From contig NC_092677.1 of NCBI RefSeq assembly GCF_964355755.1, forward strand, positions 19,986,101 to 20,050,100: 64,000 nucleotides of DNA, in the 5' to 3' direction. Positions 26,401 through 38,400 of this stretch are shown in pieces (positions within the stretch are counted from its first letter, which is position 1; each line of letters opens with the position of its first letter). The notes under the pieces are model-generated. The model was not told the DNA's origin. It searched no databases and was given only the letters and a program-made list of their open reading frames with translations. Source of the stretch: Antedon mediterranea. Its lineage: Eukaryota > Animalia > Echinodermata. The position numbers and the translations under genes were made by a program.

Positions 26401-29400
26401 GAATATATATCACAAGAATGAGTAATCTGCGATTTTCCATGTAACAGTAATATTGTCCATGTGGTAGGGCGCCGCCATAAGTGAGGATGTATCTGGGATG
26501 TATACAACTTTTTGTGATGGTTTCACTAATCAAAGGCTGGACCACCGGTAGTATTTTCATGATAAATTATCAACTACATGCTAACATCATGTTACATGCT
26601 GTTTGGATATATAATTGTTCGTTTTATGCAATTTATTTAGTAAAAACTGCCGTATAAACAGTTCACTTTAGCAACCGGGCGCTACGATAGCGTGACCGGG
26701 CGTGTTGGTGTTTACGCGTTTTCGCGAAGGATAGTTTAATAATATTCCTATATTTAACTTGTTTCTGGTAAAACAAATAAATGTTAATGAAATTTAACAT
26801 TTTATCCTATTAATAACATGTATTTTATACTAATTTATATCATATAAAAACAATACTTAATTTACCGGGCGTAGAGTAGTACGCGGCAATGGTAAAGAAT
26901 AGGCCGTGCTGAGTAACGATTCGCTGATTTTTGGTGTTGCTGTGTTAGGCCTTTTTTGTGAACTAATTTAGCATGTTAGTAAATAATTGTCTGTAAAAGT
27001 GAATGTACACTAGTTTGTTAATAAATATGTATTATTAACATAGTTTACAATTGCAAAAACTATATTATCATAATTCTATTTAATGTGACATGTATAATAT
27101 CTATTAAATCAAGTCTCATTTAGTATGTATACATCCGCCCTTATGAGGGCGGGCATCACTCTCTGGAGCTCTCAGTTACAAATTTCTCATGCAAAAATCG
27201 CGGAATACTCATTCTTGTGATATATATTCTTTGGTAGCATTCAATATTCAAAAGTAATAGACCTATGGCAAATTTAATTCTTAAGGGAAGGTATGGGAAT
27301 TAGGCCATAGCAGTAGCTCAAAAGAGGCCTAGAACATGGATTTTGTCTCCACCTCTTGGATCTGCATTTTGAAAGTTGATATTGTGCAATGAATATGTTA
27401 CCCACACTGTATCAAAAGTTCACCACAAAATATTCGGAAAATTTTGAGCAATGGCCTCCCAATGGTACCCTACTACCTTAAAACGAAGTATGAAGTTACT
27501 TTTATGGGCCAATATCTTTAAAAGTCCTTGTTCAAATGCTATTATACTTTCTCTTTGAGTAGCCTATTATATTGTGAACACTTATACACAATATTACATT
27601 TTAAAAATAAGTATTTCATATGTAAGGAAAACTGAAAAATTATTAAGTTGCAATTGCATTTTTCAAGATTTTTAAGACACAATATCTTCGTAACTGATAC
27701 ATACCTTATTTATATTTTTCCCAACTATTTGAGAGGGTTGTTAAACAAGATTTAAAGTTATAAGTTGTCAGCTTTTGGGAGTTTTTATTTATGAAAATGC
27801 AAAAACTGAGATTTGGCAAATTTTATAGATAATTTTTATATTTTTTAGTCGTTTTTTCAGCGGTTATATCTTGATAATCAACTCTTACTATGTATTTATA
27901 TTCATGCAATGGGTATCCTAGTGGTTAGTGACACACAAGTGAAGTTTCAACGGAAAAAAAATTATTATCATCATCAATCATGTCGTTGATTTTCCAGAAT
28001 CCACAATTACTGCGCGGTATTTTCACAAAATTGAATCTGTTTCTGTCCTGAGCGGATTTTTGCTCAACCGCCCACCTGCTCCGCGTTCTGTGTAAATGGT
28101 CATAAGTAATAACATAGATTCGTTTTCTGCTTACCGTTACTGCTCATCTGTGTAAATTGGCCTTAAGATGGTAATTATACTATCAGCATACAAAATATTC
28201 AAAAGAAATGAATGCAAGTTTTTAAGTATATGATAGGTTCATAGGGATATCATTCAAATGTAGATAACTGAATATAACAAACCTTTGTCTGTAATAAATC
28301 TGATAATAAAGTATTGGTGGTTGGTACTCAACAGGAATTGACCATGTGACTGTAATTGTTGTATCTGAAGGTACATAGGTCATCACCTCTGGAGCCCCGG
28401 TTACTATAAAAGAACATATACTTCAAAACTTAAATAGTAAATACAATACTTAATTTACATTAACGTTTGTCTGCGCACTCACGGCAATTTTTGCCTGAAA
28501 ATAAATTTTGAACATTTTATGCACGCATACACATGCGTTATATGCGCACTAAATTTGGTTTAAATATGATACATGCTTGTGAAGATATCATCAGCAACGC
28601 CAAAAAGTGACACTAAAATGGCTACAGACACTATGCGCATGAAATGGATTTTACGTATAAATAAATAAATCAAAATTATGTGTTTTGTGAAGCTCAATAC
28701 TAAGCCATGTTTTTTGTTAAACGCATGGTTATGTCAGACCACTACTACTCTTCATGGTGTCGCTCACGATATGATTACCATGTCATTTTAGACCGTGAAA
28801 AGTTAATCACATCGATTCCTGGCCATAAGGAATATACTCTGAAAAAAAGACGTAGCTAGATGAAATTGATAATTGACAGACAAAATAAAGAAATAAAGAA
28901 TAAGGTTATAATTATATGCATGGTTATATTGAATAATAATGCATATAACCTAATTATTATAATTATATTAGAAGAAAACCTTACATGGACACCATTGTGT
29001 GTTACACTTTGTTGTTGACTGGCCTTTTCCAATACAGTAATGTCCACCATATTGTGGCAGTGGCTGGTTACAGATTCGTGTTGTCACTTGCTCTCCCCCT
29101 CCACAGGTCACAGAACAATATGACCATGCTGACCATGTTCCCCAACCACCATGCACTAGAAGATAGAAAGTTCGGGTCCATGGAAAATTCTAAAACCAAC
29201 TCAGTTTACTGTATAAGAATCCAGGTTAGTCCAAACCAACGATTGTTAAAGACCCATTCCCTACAATTTTTGACGTTTTGTAAAATATATATATTATTAC
29301 TTTAAAACATTAAACCAGGTCATTCCTTGTTTTAGATGTACGTTTTATGGTAAATTATGATGAAAAGAGAGAAACAATGCACTACCCAAGTAGCTTGCCA

Positions 29401-32400
29401 TGAATGTCCTCTCGTGGCTTGGGCTAGCTAGGCTTAGTTTTGATGACCGCCTAGCTGGAAAACATCGGTAACGTACGAACATCGTACACTAGCTATAGGC
29501 CTAGCTTGACGTTGTTGTATAGTTGCTGCATTAATTGTCTTTCTGTTTTTGCCAGAATCCGTTGATACAAATTGGGGGAAACCCGGTATTTTCACTGAAA
29601 AGTTAGGAGTTTAAGCGAGATGTGCTCTGTTGAATGTGATCATGACAAAAGAGAAAAAAAAAAAGTAATTTTTAAATTAAAATGGCCATTTGTGGCACAT
29701 ACAAGTGAAATCGGACATAATGCTGAAAAACTACATTTTTTTTCAGAAAATGATAGCTGAAACAGTATTTATTAGGTTATATGCATTAATGCATATAACC
29801 TCTTGATTCTGTCAGAATCTTTATTTATTTATTTATTCTTTCCTTAGCACTATTTTGTCCGTGAATTATCTTGGCATCAGTTTCATCTAGCTAAGTCAAG
29901 TTTTCAGAGTATATTCCTTATGGCCAGGAATCGATGTGGTTATATTTTCACGATGTGCAATCAAAAATTACGCGGTCTACGCGCGATTTTAGGAAATCAC
30001 GTTTGTAATCATATCTTCACAAGCATGAATCACAATTAAACAAAATTTGGTACTCATAAATTTCAGGTCATATTTCATCATATGGCAATACAATTATGTG
30101 CGTAGCGCATATAACGATTGCGTACGCGCGCTCAAAATGTTCCAAATTGTCAAAATTTATTTTCGATGAAATTAGAGTACGTTTCAGGCAATTTTAAGCG
30201 TTTAAAAAATTGCCATGAGTGCGCAGATTTTTACACGCGCACTGCGTGTTAAACGTTAATGCGCACTCTTTTTGCCTGATTTCTGTTTTACAATCTTTCT
30301 TTAATAATATCATCATATTTGATTCACGTTTCAACTCGAAATTGCGTTATACGAGCAGTGACTGGCTACGCACGTATAAGTTAACAAAATGGTGAAAATA
30401 TGCTAAATTTTAAAATTAATGTATATCGTCAGAATGCAGGGGAACACCTATTTTTTATTTCATTTTCTTGAAGTGTATGTATCATATGTATGATTTATTA
30501 TCAAATTAAGAGAACAAAAGTTGATTAAGTCATCATTAATTGCATATTAAATTTTAAAAAAATAATTTCGACAATCAAACAAATTATGACATTTTCTTAG
30601 GCCAAAATAACAAACTTAACATTAACTTTCTTCCTTCAAAAGTCGATATATTAAAGTTAAAAGTATATAGTTCATCATTTGTTTACATTTTAAAGATGTC
30701 ATCATTGTAAAAAATTATAATTCATTGCTGTATGTAATAATCTATTTGCACCAAAGTGGTTACTGCATAGTAAATACTCGGAGGAATTTTTCTACCACTT
30801 TTAGTCAGTTGTGTATGGCTCGATGGTCTGTGCTCGTGTCTATGGCATTCAAGGTACCGAGATCGAGTCTCACCTTGGGAAACGAAATAAGATTTTTTTT
30901 TATTATCTGTATTGTTTGTTAAAATTTATTTCTTAGTGTATAGATTATACACATGATTTATAATGAAATCTAGATAAAAATTAACTTATGTCTTTATTAT
31001 TATGTAACAACAAATGTGGTTTATGACATTATACGCATATGGATCTTTGATCGGATTGTGATACCGGCTATGGTGTTCGCGTTAGCAAGGTCCTATCATA
31101 TATTATAAATAATTCTGAGATAAGATAAGATAAGATAAGATTCTGAGAAAATCAATCAATCAATATATCTTTTAAAAATCAATTACCTTTATTTAAATCA
31201 ATGCATATAACCTATAATTCGTCATAGTGACGAATTAAATCTAGTTTACATTACCTTGGTGTTTTTCTATTTTGAGACAAATAAATAAATTTTAACATTT
31301 TGTGTGGTATGTTGGTTAAAAAGATAGTGTAAATTATGTATGATTTTCATAAAACCTATCATGTTTTATGCTTAAATTGAAAGTGTTCCATAATTAGATG
31401 CAAATAAACTACAGAATTGGTAAGTACATGTTTGTTACATTTCAATTGCTTTTCTAAGAAAAAATAAAATTACCAGCACAAGGTCCTACATTGCATCTCT
31501 GCCATTGGGTATAAGGATCAGAGGCCGGACAATCTTTTCCTCCAAAGCGTGGTCTAGGATTTGTACAAGAACGTCCTCTAGCTTGGACTCCACCCAGGCA
31601 ACTAGCAGAACAGATTGACCATGGTGACCAAATCGTCCATTCACCATCTGCGGAGAAAAAAAAAAAAAAATTGCTAAGCATGAGTTTTGAAGTCAAAGAA
31701 AATCTCATGATCATTTTAATAAAGGTTGAAAATATAAAAGAATAACAAATTGGGGGCGTGATTCAAAATACAGCCAAAAGTGTTCAGGAGACTAATATAC
31801 TATATTCCGAGACTGCTTACTAAATCCTCTAAGTTACGTCTGCAAGAAACCAACTATATTCTATATTTTTGCAGATATTTAAATCTAGGCTAAATTAAAG
31901 ATAAAAGTTGTTTTCTATTACATTTGATATTTCTAAAAATTAGCTTAAAACTACATAAAAAATATTTTAAAAAGATTGTGTTTAAGTATTCAAGTATCAG
32001 CGCGTACATATTTTGTCTGAACTATTTTTTAACGATGTTATCGTTACCGCCTAAATAAATTTTTGTCATTTGATTGGATGATTGTAGGTCACAAGATAAA
32101 AAGTAAGTGCCCTATCAATCACTTCTGAGACAAAGTTGAGTTGTTTCTTTATATTTTAACTGGCCGCTACTTACTAAATTCTCTGCAAGTTAAACTGGCT
32201 ATATTAAACACATTGTGATTATTTATCGATCTGATTGTTCAATTTCAATTCATCGACATTTTTATTCCATAATCAAAATAAAAACATATACAAATACAAT
32301 ACAAATAATAAGATAATGGAATGGGATACAAAATAAGCACAAGTGCTTTAAGCATGTAACCCTAACAAAAGATCAAACAATTAACACAAACAAAAAGAAC

Positions 32401-35400
32401 AAACCAAAATAACATAATGTGATTTACTTAACTTAAATATTTCTATTGTTATAATATTGCTTTAATCTCTGTTTAAACAAACTTAAAGTGGGGGATTGTT
32501 TTATATAGTCTGTTAAATTGTTCCAAATATGTGTTCCTTGGTAGGAAATACATTGCTGTCCGACTTTGGTGCGTTTTAGTTGTGGACAGTAGTTTGACCT
32601 GTTTCTAGTTTATTTATTTATTTATTTTATTTTATGTCTTTAGGCACTGTGGCCAAGGATTACCAATAGTGAATTAATCACTGTCCTATCAGATAGGTGG
32701 TAATCCCCCTGATACAGAGGCTATTGTGTGAACCAGTTCACCGGGGTAACCCCCTACTCTTTTTCGAATAATGAACTGGGTTCTTTTAAGTACACACAGG
32801 TTATAACTGTGTACACTGGACCTACGGTTTATAGTCCTTATCCGAGAAGACTTGTTCCACCACCAGAACTAGGAGCGAGTCGGCCTCGAACCCTTGCCGA
32901 TGTTGTTGTTGGCTCTTTAGGTACGATAAACGGCGCCCCTGCCTTAACCGCTCGGCCATATGACTCGCTCGCTAGTTGAGTAATTATGGAATGAGGCAGA
33001 TGTACTAAATAAGTTATTAAATGATTCAGGTAATAGATTATGTTTATATTGATACATAAATATAGCAGTGTGTTTCGTATAAAGGTCAAAAATATTTAAT
33101 GTTTGGGTTGAAATAAAAAGTGGATGAGAAGGATGCATAAAATGAACATGACAAATATTTCTAAGTGCTTTTTTCTAGAGAATATGTATACGGTTTAAGT
33201 TTGTAGCAGAAGTAGCACCCCATACTGTGATAGCATACGTTATTCTAGGTAATATAAGTGCATTGTATACTGTTAACAAGATTTTACTTGATAACATAGA
33301 CTTCACTTTGTTTAAGACACCAATTATTCTAGAAATACTGTTTGCTACCTCATTTACATGAAAATTAAACGATAAAGTTTCATCCAGAAATAAGCCTAGA
33401 AATTTAACTTCAGTAGCTTTTACTATACATTCATTTCCCATCCTCAATTCTAGTGAGGTAGTGTCAGCTGACTTATTTCTAGCCTTAAATATAACATATT
33501 TTGATTTGTTTACATTTAGCGTTAATTTGTTAGCAATAAACCAGTCCGAAAGTATAGATAACTCCTGGTTCATTGTATCAAAAGCTTGAGTAATATCATT
33601 GTGACTATAAAACACATTTGTGTCATCTGCATACATAATCATGTCTACATGGTTACATGCTAGACTAATATCATTAATGAATATAAGAAATAATAATGGA
33701 CCCAATATGGATCCCTGAGGAACTCCAGTGTTTACTGTCATTTTACTAGATGCAGTATTAACAATAAATGTGTATTGTAGTCTTTTTTTAGGATAGTTTG
33801 AGAACCAGTTTAGCGGAACTCCTCTTATACCATAAAATCTTAACTTATCTAATATTTTTATTTTTTTTATTTTATTCAATTTTCAGGCACAAAAAAACAT
33901 GACAACAAGACAGCGGTGCAGCACCCTGAGGATTGCCATGAGTGCAAAGCACTATCGAGATGGCTCTCCATATACTGCACTTGAACAAATAAGTAAACCA
34001 TAAAAAGACAAAGATATAAAAATTTAAAATTGCGAGGCGTCAAGTTGAACAATCATTAAAATTGAATCTAAAAAATATATATATATAAATATTATGTACA
34101 GATAAAAATGATTGTTTAAAGATAAAAAAAAATAAAAAGTTTAAAGTTGCCTGACATAAGACCGGAGAGCTGTCACAAATGTGTTAAAACTAAATAAAGA
34201 ATGTTCTCTAATATAATTAGGAATCTCTTGCCATACACGGGGAAAATTAGTGTACAATGAATATTTAAAAGAAAATATCATAATAATATATCATGATCGA
34301 TTGTATCAAACGCTTTTGATAAATCAAGGAAAACTCCTAGTGTGAACTCTTTATTCTCAATAGCGTTTGTGATTTTTTCAATCGATTGTATTAAAGCATG
34401 ACTAGTTGAATGGTGTTGTCTAAATCCATACTGTGTTTTACTCAGTACGTTATATTTTGAGAGGTAACAAATCGTTTGATCATACACAATCCTCTCAAAT
34501 ATTTTGGAAAAAAAGGGTAAAATGGAAATAGGCCGATAATTATTTATATCGGAGATGTCACCATTCTTAAATACCGGGATAACTTTAGCAATTTTTATAT
34601 CAGCCGGGACACAGCCCGATGATAATGACGTATTAATAATATGCAATAAAGGTTTTAAAATAAACGGGGAAGCAGATTTTATGAGTTGGGCACTTATACC
34701 ATCATGGCCAGGAGAAGTATTCTTTGTGTTTTTAATATAGTGGTTAAGTTCATGTTCAGTAACAGGCTTAAAAAACATTGAAGAGGTAAAATTTCCCTTT
34801 AAGAAAGTTATGTGGGTGATTTGATCATTTTGACATTCATGCCTAAATTTATTATTTAGTTTTTCTCCAATATTAATAAAAAAAGAGTTGAATGCATCAG
34901 CTTTCTCATCATTATCAGAGAAAGTCTCAGTACCCAATTTTATTTTTGTAGGCAAATTGGTAGTCTTTTTCCTACCCATTATATCATTTAGGATTGTCCA
35001 CGTTTTTTTAATATCTTGTTTATTTCGTTCAAACTGGACCATATAATATTCTTTTTTCCGATTTCTAATAGTAGTGGTTAACTTGTTTCTAAAATGTATG
35101 TACGTACTTTTATTAGTAGTGGTGTTATTTTGTTTGTACTTTTTATATAATTTATGTTTTTGAGAGATAGCTCTGGCAATTTCAGCTGTGATCCAAGGAG
35201 ATTTTAACTTGTTCGCCTTATAATTTATGTTTTTGAGAGATAGCTCTGGCAATTTCAGCTGTGATCCAAGGAGATTTTAACTTGTTCGCCTTATTTCCAA
35301 TTCGTTTTAAAGGGAAACAATTATCAATTGTTTTATTTAAAGTGTTTGTAAAATTTTGATAAGCAACATTCGCATTATTTGAGAATAGCACATCATTCCA

Positions 35401-38400
35401 CTGATTACTTTGTAATTCTTGCAAAAAATACTCCGTTTGTTGAAGAGAGTATTGTCGTTTATATACAAATCGAGGATATTGCTTATTATGTTTTTCCAAA
35501 GTATCTACACAGAATATTGGGAAGTGTTAGTAACAACAACCGATCATATGCCATGAAATGCAGTATATACATTACTACACATGATTAATAAAACAATATC
35601 CATATTTATGTGTTTCTATTACACTTCAATTGTTCTAATTTCAGTAAAATTTAATGATATCAAAAAATGCTAAATGGGTTGGCATTAACAATTCCTTTAC
35701 TTAAGGACATAGAATATTGTACATTAGTAGAAAAAAATATAGAACAAACTATTGTCCAATAATTTAAGTCAGAGATTTTACAATGTCTAGTCTTTTTAAA
35801 GTTAAAACAATTTATTAATCTTTAGGATGCTCAACAAAAAAGTAAATTATTATAAATAATTGTTGTAACCTGCACAATCTTCAGTGTTACATGCTTTACT
35901 ATTGACAAAGTCACCACTGCAATAATTGCCTCCATAAGTTTGTACAGGATTGTCACATGTACGATTACGATAGATTATTCCACCACCACAGGTCTTAGAG
36001 CAAGGAAGATACCATAGTGACCATTCACTCCATCCTCCATCCACTATCAAAAAATGCAATCACATGTTACAATACTTAATGTATTATACAGTAAATAATG
36101 AACATTGACAATAACAGTAATAGATAGGCCTTAGTGGAAAAAAATCAATTTTATGTATTTGGAACTTGTTTAAAGTTTAGCCAATATCTGTATGGAACAT
36201 TTAATTCAGACAAGCTTCTTACAACCGCTAATGTAGAAAATGGCAGCTAATGCCGAAAAAACCGCCATTGGGGCATGTGGCTCAGTGTCTGATATCTTGG
36301 TCTGGATCCAAAAATGACCGGGGTAATAATGTACAGCGCATTGAGAGCTTGCTTATATGCGCTATACAAGAATGAACTATTTTTATTCTTATTAATGTAG
36401 AACAATTCACCGTTAATACGTAGAAACACCAACAGCTTACGTAGTAAAGAAAAAATCAAGAGCAGCTAATGTAGAACAGTCAACGGCTAATGTAGTAAAG
36501 GAAATTGCCTAACAGGTAATGTAGTTACTATCGCCAGCAAATGTAGAAAATGTTATATTTACAAATCTGTCAAAATCATGCACAAATGTATAGCTAGCTT
36601 AGCTATTAGTCTATCCATCTCTCGTAAGCAACCGACTTTCAAAAAGCGGCCATCTCATTAGCAACCACCTCTCTTATGGGACCGCTTTTCATAATCGACC
36701 ACCTCTCGTAAGTATAACCACCTCTCACAAACGACCACCATCTATCTATCTTATGGGATCGTGCCTTATAATCAACCACCTCTCGTAAGTGACCACCACC
36801 CCTCATAAAGGACAGCTTCTCATACAAGAGATGGTTGTATATAAGACATTGTGTTTCCTTTAAAAGAGGTGGTCACTATTATAAATAAAGGATCATGGTC
36901 GTTAAGAGAGGTGATGGCCCTTTAAAAATGATGGTATTTTACCAGAGGCAGTGGTTGTTAAGAAAAGTGGTTAACTATGAGAAGTGGTTGGCCTTACGAG
37001 TGGGGTGGTCACGAGAGGAGGTGGTCGTTTAAAAGACGTGGTGGTTAATATTAAGACATGGTACGAGAGGTGGTCTATTATGAGATTTTGAAAAGTGGTC
37101 AATTATTAGAAGCGATTCCTTATGAGAGGCGGTGATTATTTAAGAGAGGTTGTCGCTTACCATATGTTGTCGTTCTGAAATATGGTTGATTTTGAGAGGT
37201 GGTCAATTATGAGAGTCTGGCCCTTACAAGAGGCGGTGGTTGTTAACAGAGGTGGTTACTTACGAGAGGTGGTCGTTTAAGAGAGGTGGTTACCTACGAG
37301 AGTGGGTCGTTATGAGAAGCGGTCCTTTAAGAGAGTTGGTCACTAACAAGGGTGGGTGCTTTTTGAAAGTTGGTCGCTCGAGAGGTGGATATACTGATAA
37401 CTAATTAAAGAGATGCATTTGCACATGATTTAGACATAAACATGTATTTTCTACATTAGCTGGCGATAGTAACTACATAAGCTGTTGACCGTTTCTACAT
37501 TATTTGGTGTTGATTTTTATTTACTACATAAGCTAGTGGGTCTACGTTGGTGTTTCTACATTGGCTGGCATTTTCTACATTAACGGTTGTAACAAAGCTC
37601 CTTCTAGAAAACAAAACTATTGCTGAAAATATGTGGTGTATAAATCTATTTCTCGATCCAAATTTAACTTACCTCCACATTTTTCTGGATTACATCCATA
37701 TACAACCTCTGTTGCATTTCCAGTACATTCCTTACCATTTGCAGCTGGAGCCGGATTCATGCATAAGCGATATCGACTATTGCTCCCACCTTCGCAATGA
37801 ACTGAACAATTTGTCCATCTGCTCCATTCTGTCCAATTGCCATCCACTGAAAAAAAAATTCCTTTACTGAGATCAAACGAAAATTAAAAATATATATTTA
37901 TGAAATGTTAATGTGATTCTGAATACAACATAAAGTATCAAATACTATACCAAGAATTTCCTAAGGCTACTATTAGGGCCCTTGTTCTTTCTAGACTGGA
38001 CTGCTGTATATTTACTTGTTGGTATAACTGTTTAAAAACAAGCAGCGACAGAAAAGATTGCAAAACCGGACTACCAATGCATATTAAGGTCTAGTAAAAG
38101 TATGGTTAAACCTAGAACAATTGCAACATTATTTTATTTTATTTCTCTTAATATCTAGTTGATTTGTATGAGTGGAGTTGTGGCTTGGTGGTTATGATGC
38201 TTGTCTACCACTCCGAGGGTCCTGGGTTGAAGTCCCGTCACATGTCAGGATTTTTTCTAAGGACCAAATTACCCCACTCCCAAAGACATAAGTTTATGTA
38301 GAGCATCTTGTGTATATGTTTGTCTTGTGAACCTCTGAGGGTCCCTAATGATCAGCAACAGCTGGATGGATCACCCTCATTAAATATGGTTTAAAAAAAA

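Larger units (their letters stand above)
32240..35500 (-). mobile_element. 5'-truncated L2/CR1-group (Crack/Daphne-like) LINE ORF2, interrupted by two insertions
   Basis: NYRPISIL, QYGFR, FLDLSKAFDTIDH, GVPQGSILGPLLF, MYADDT and KFLG motifs; 3' hairpin tail near 32320-32362. Confidence 0.93.
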
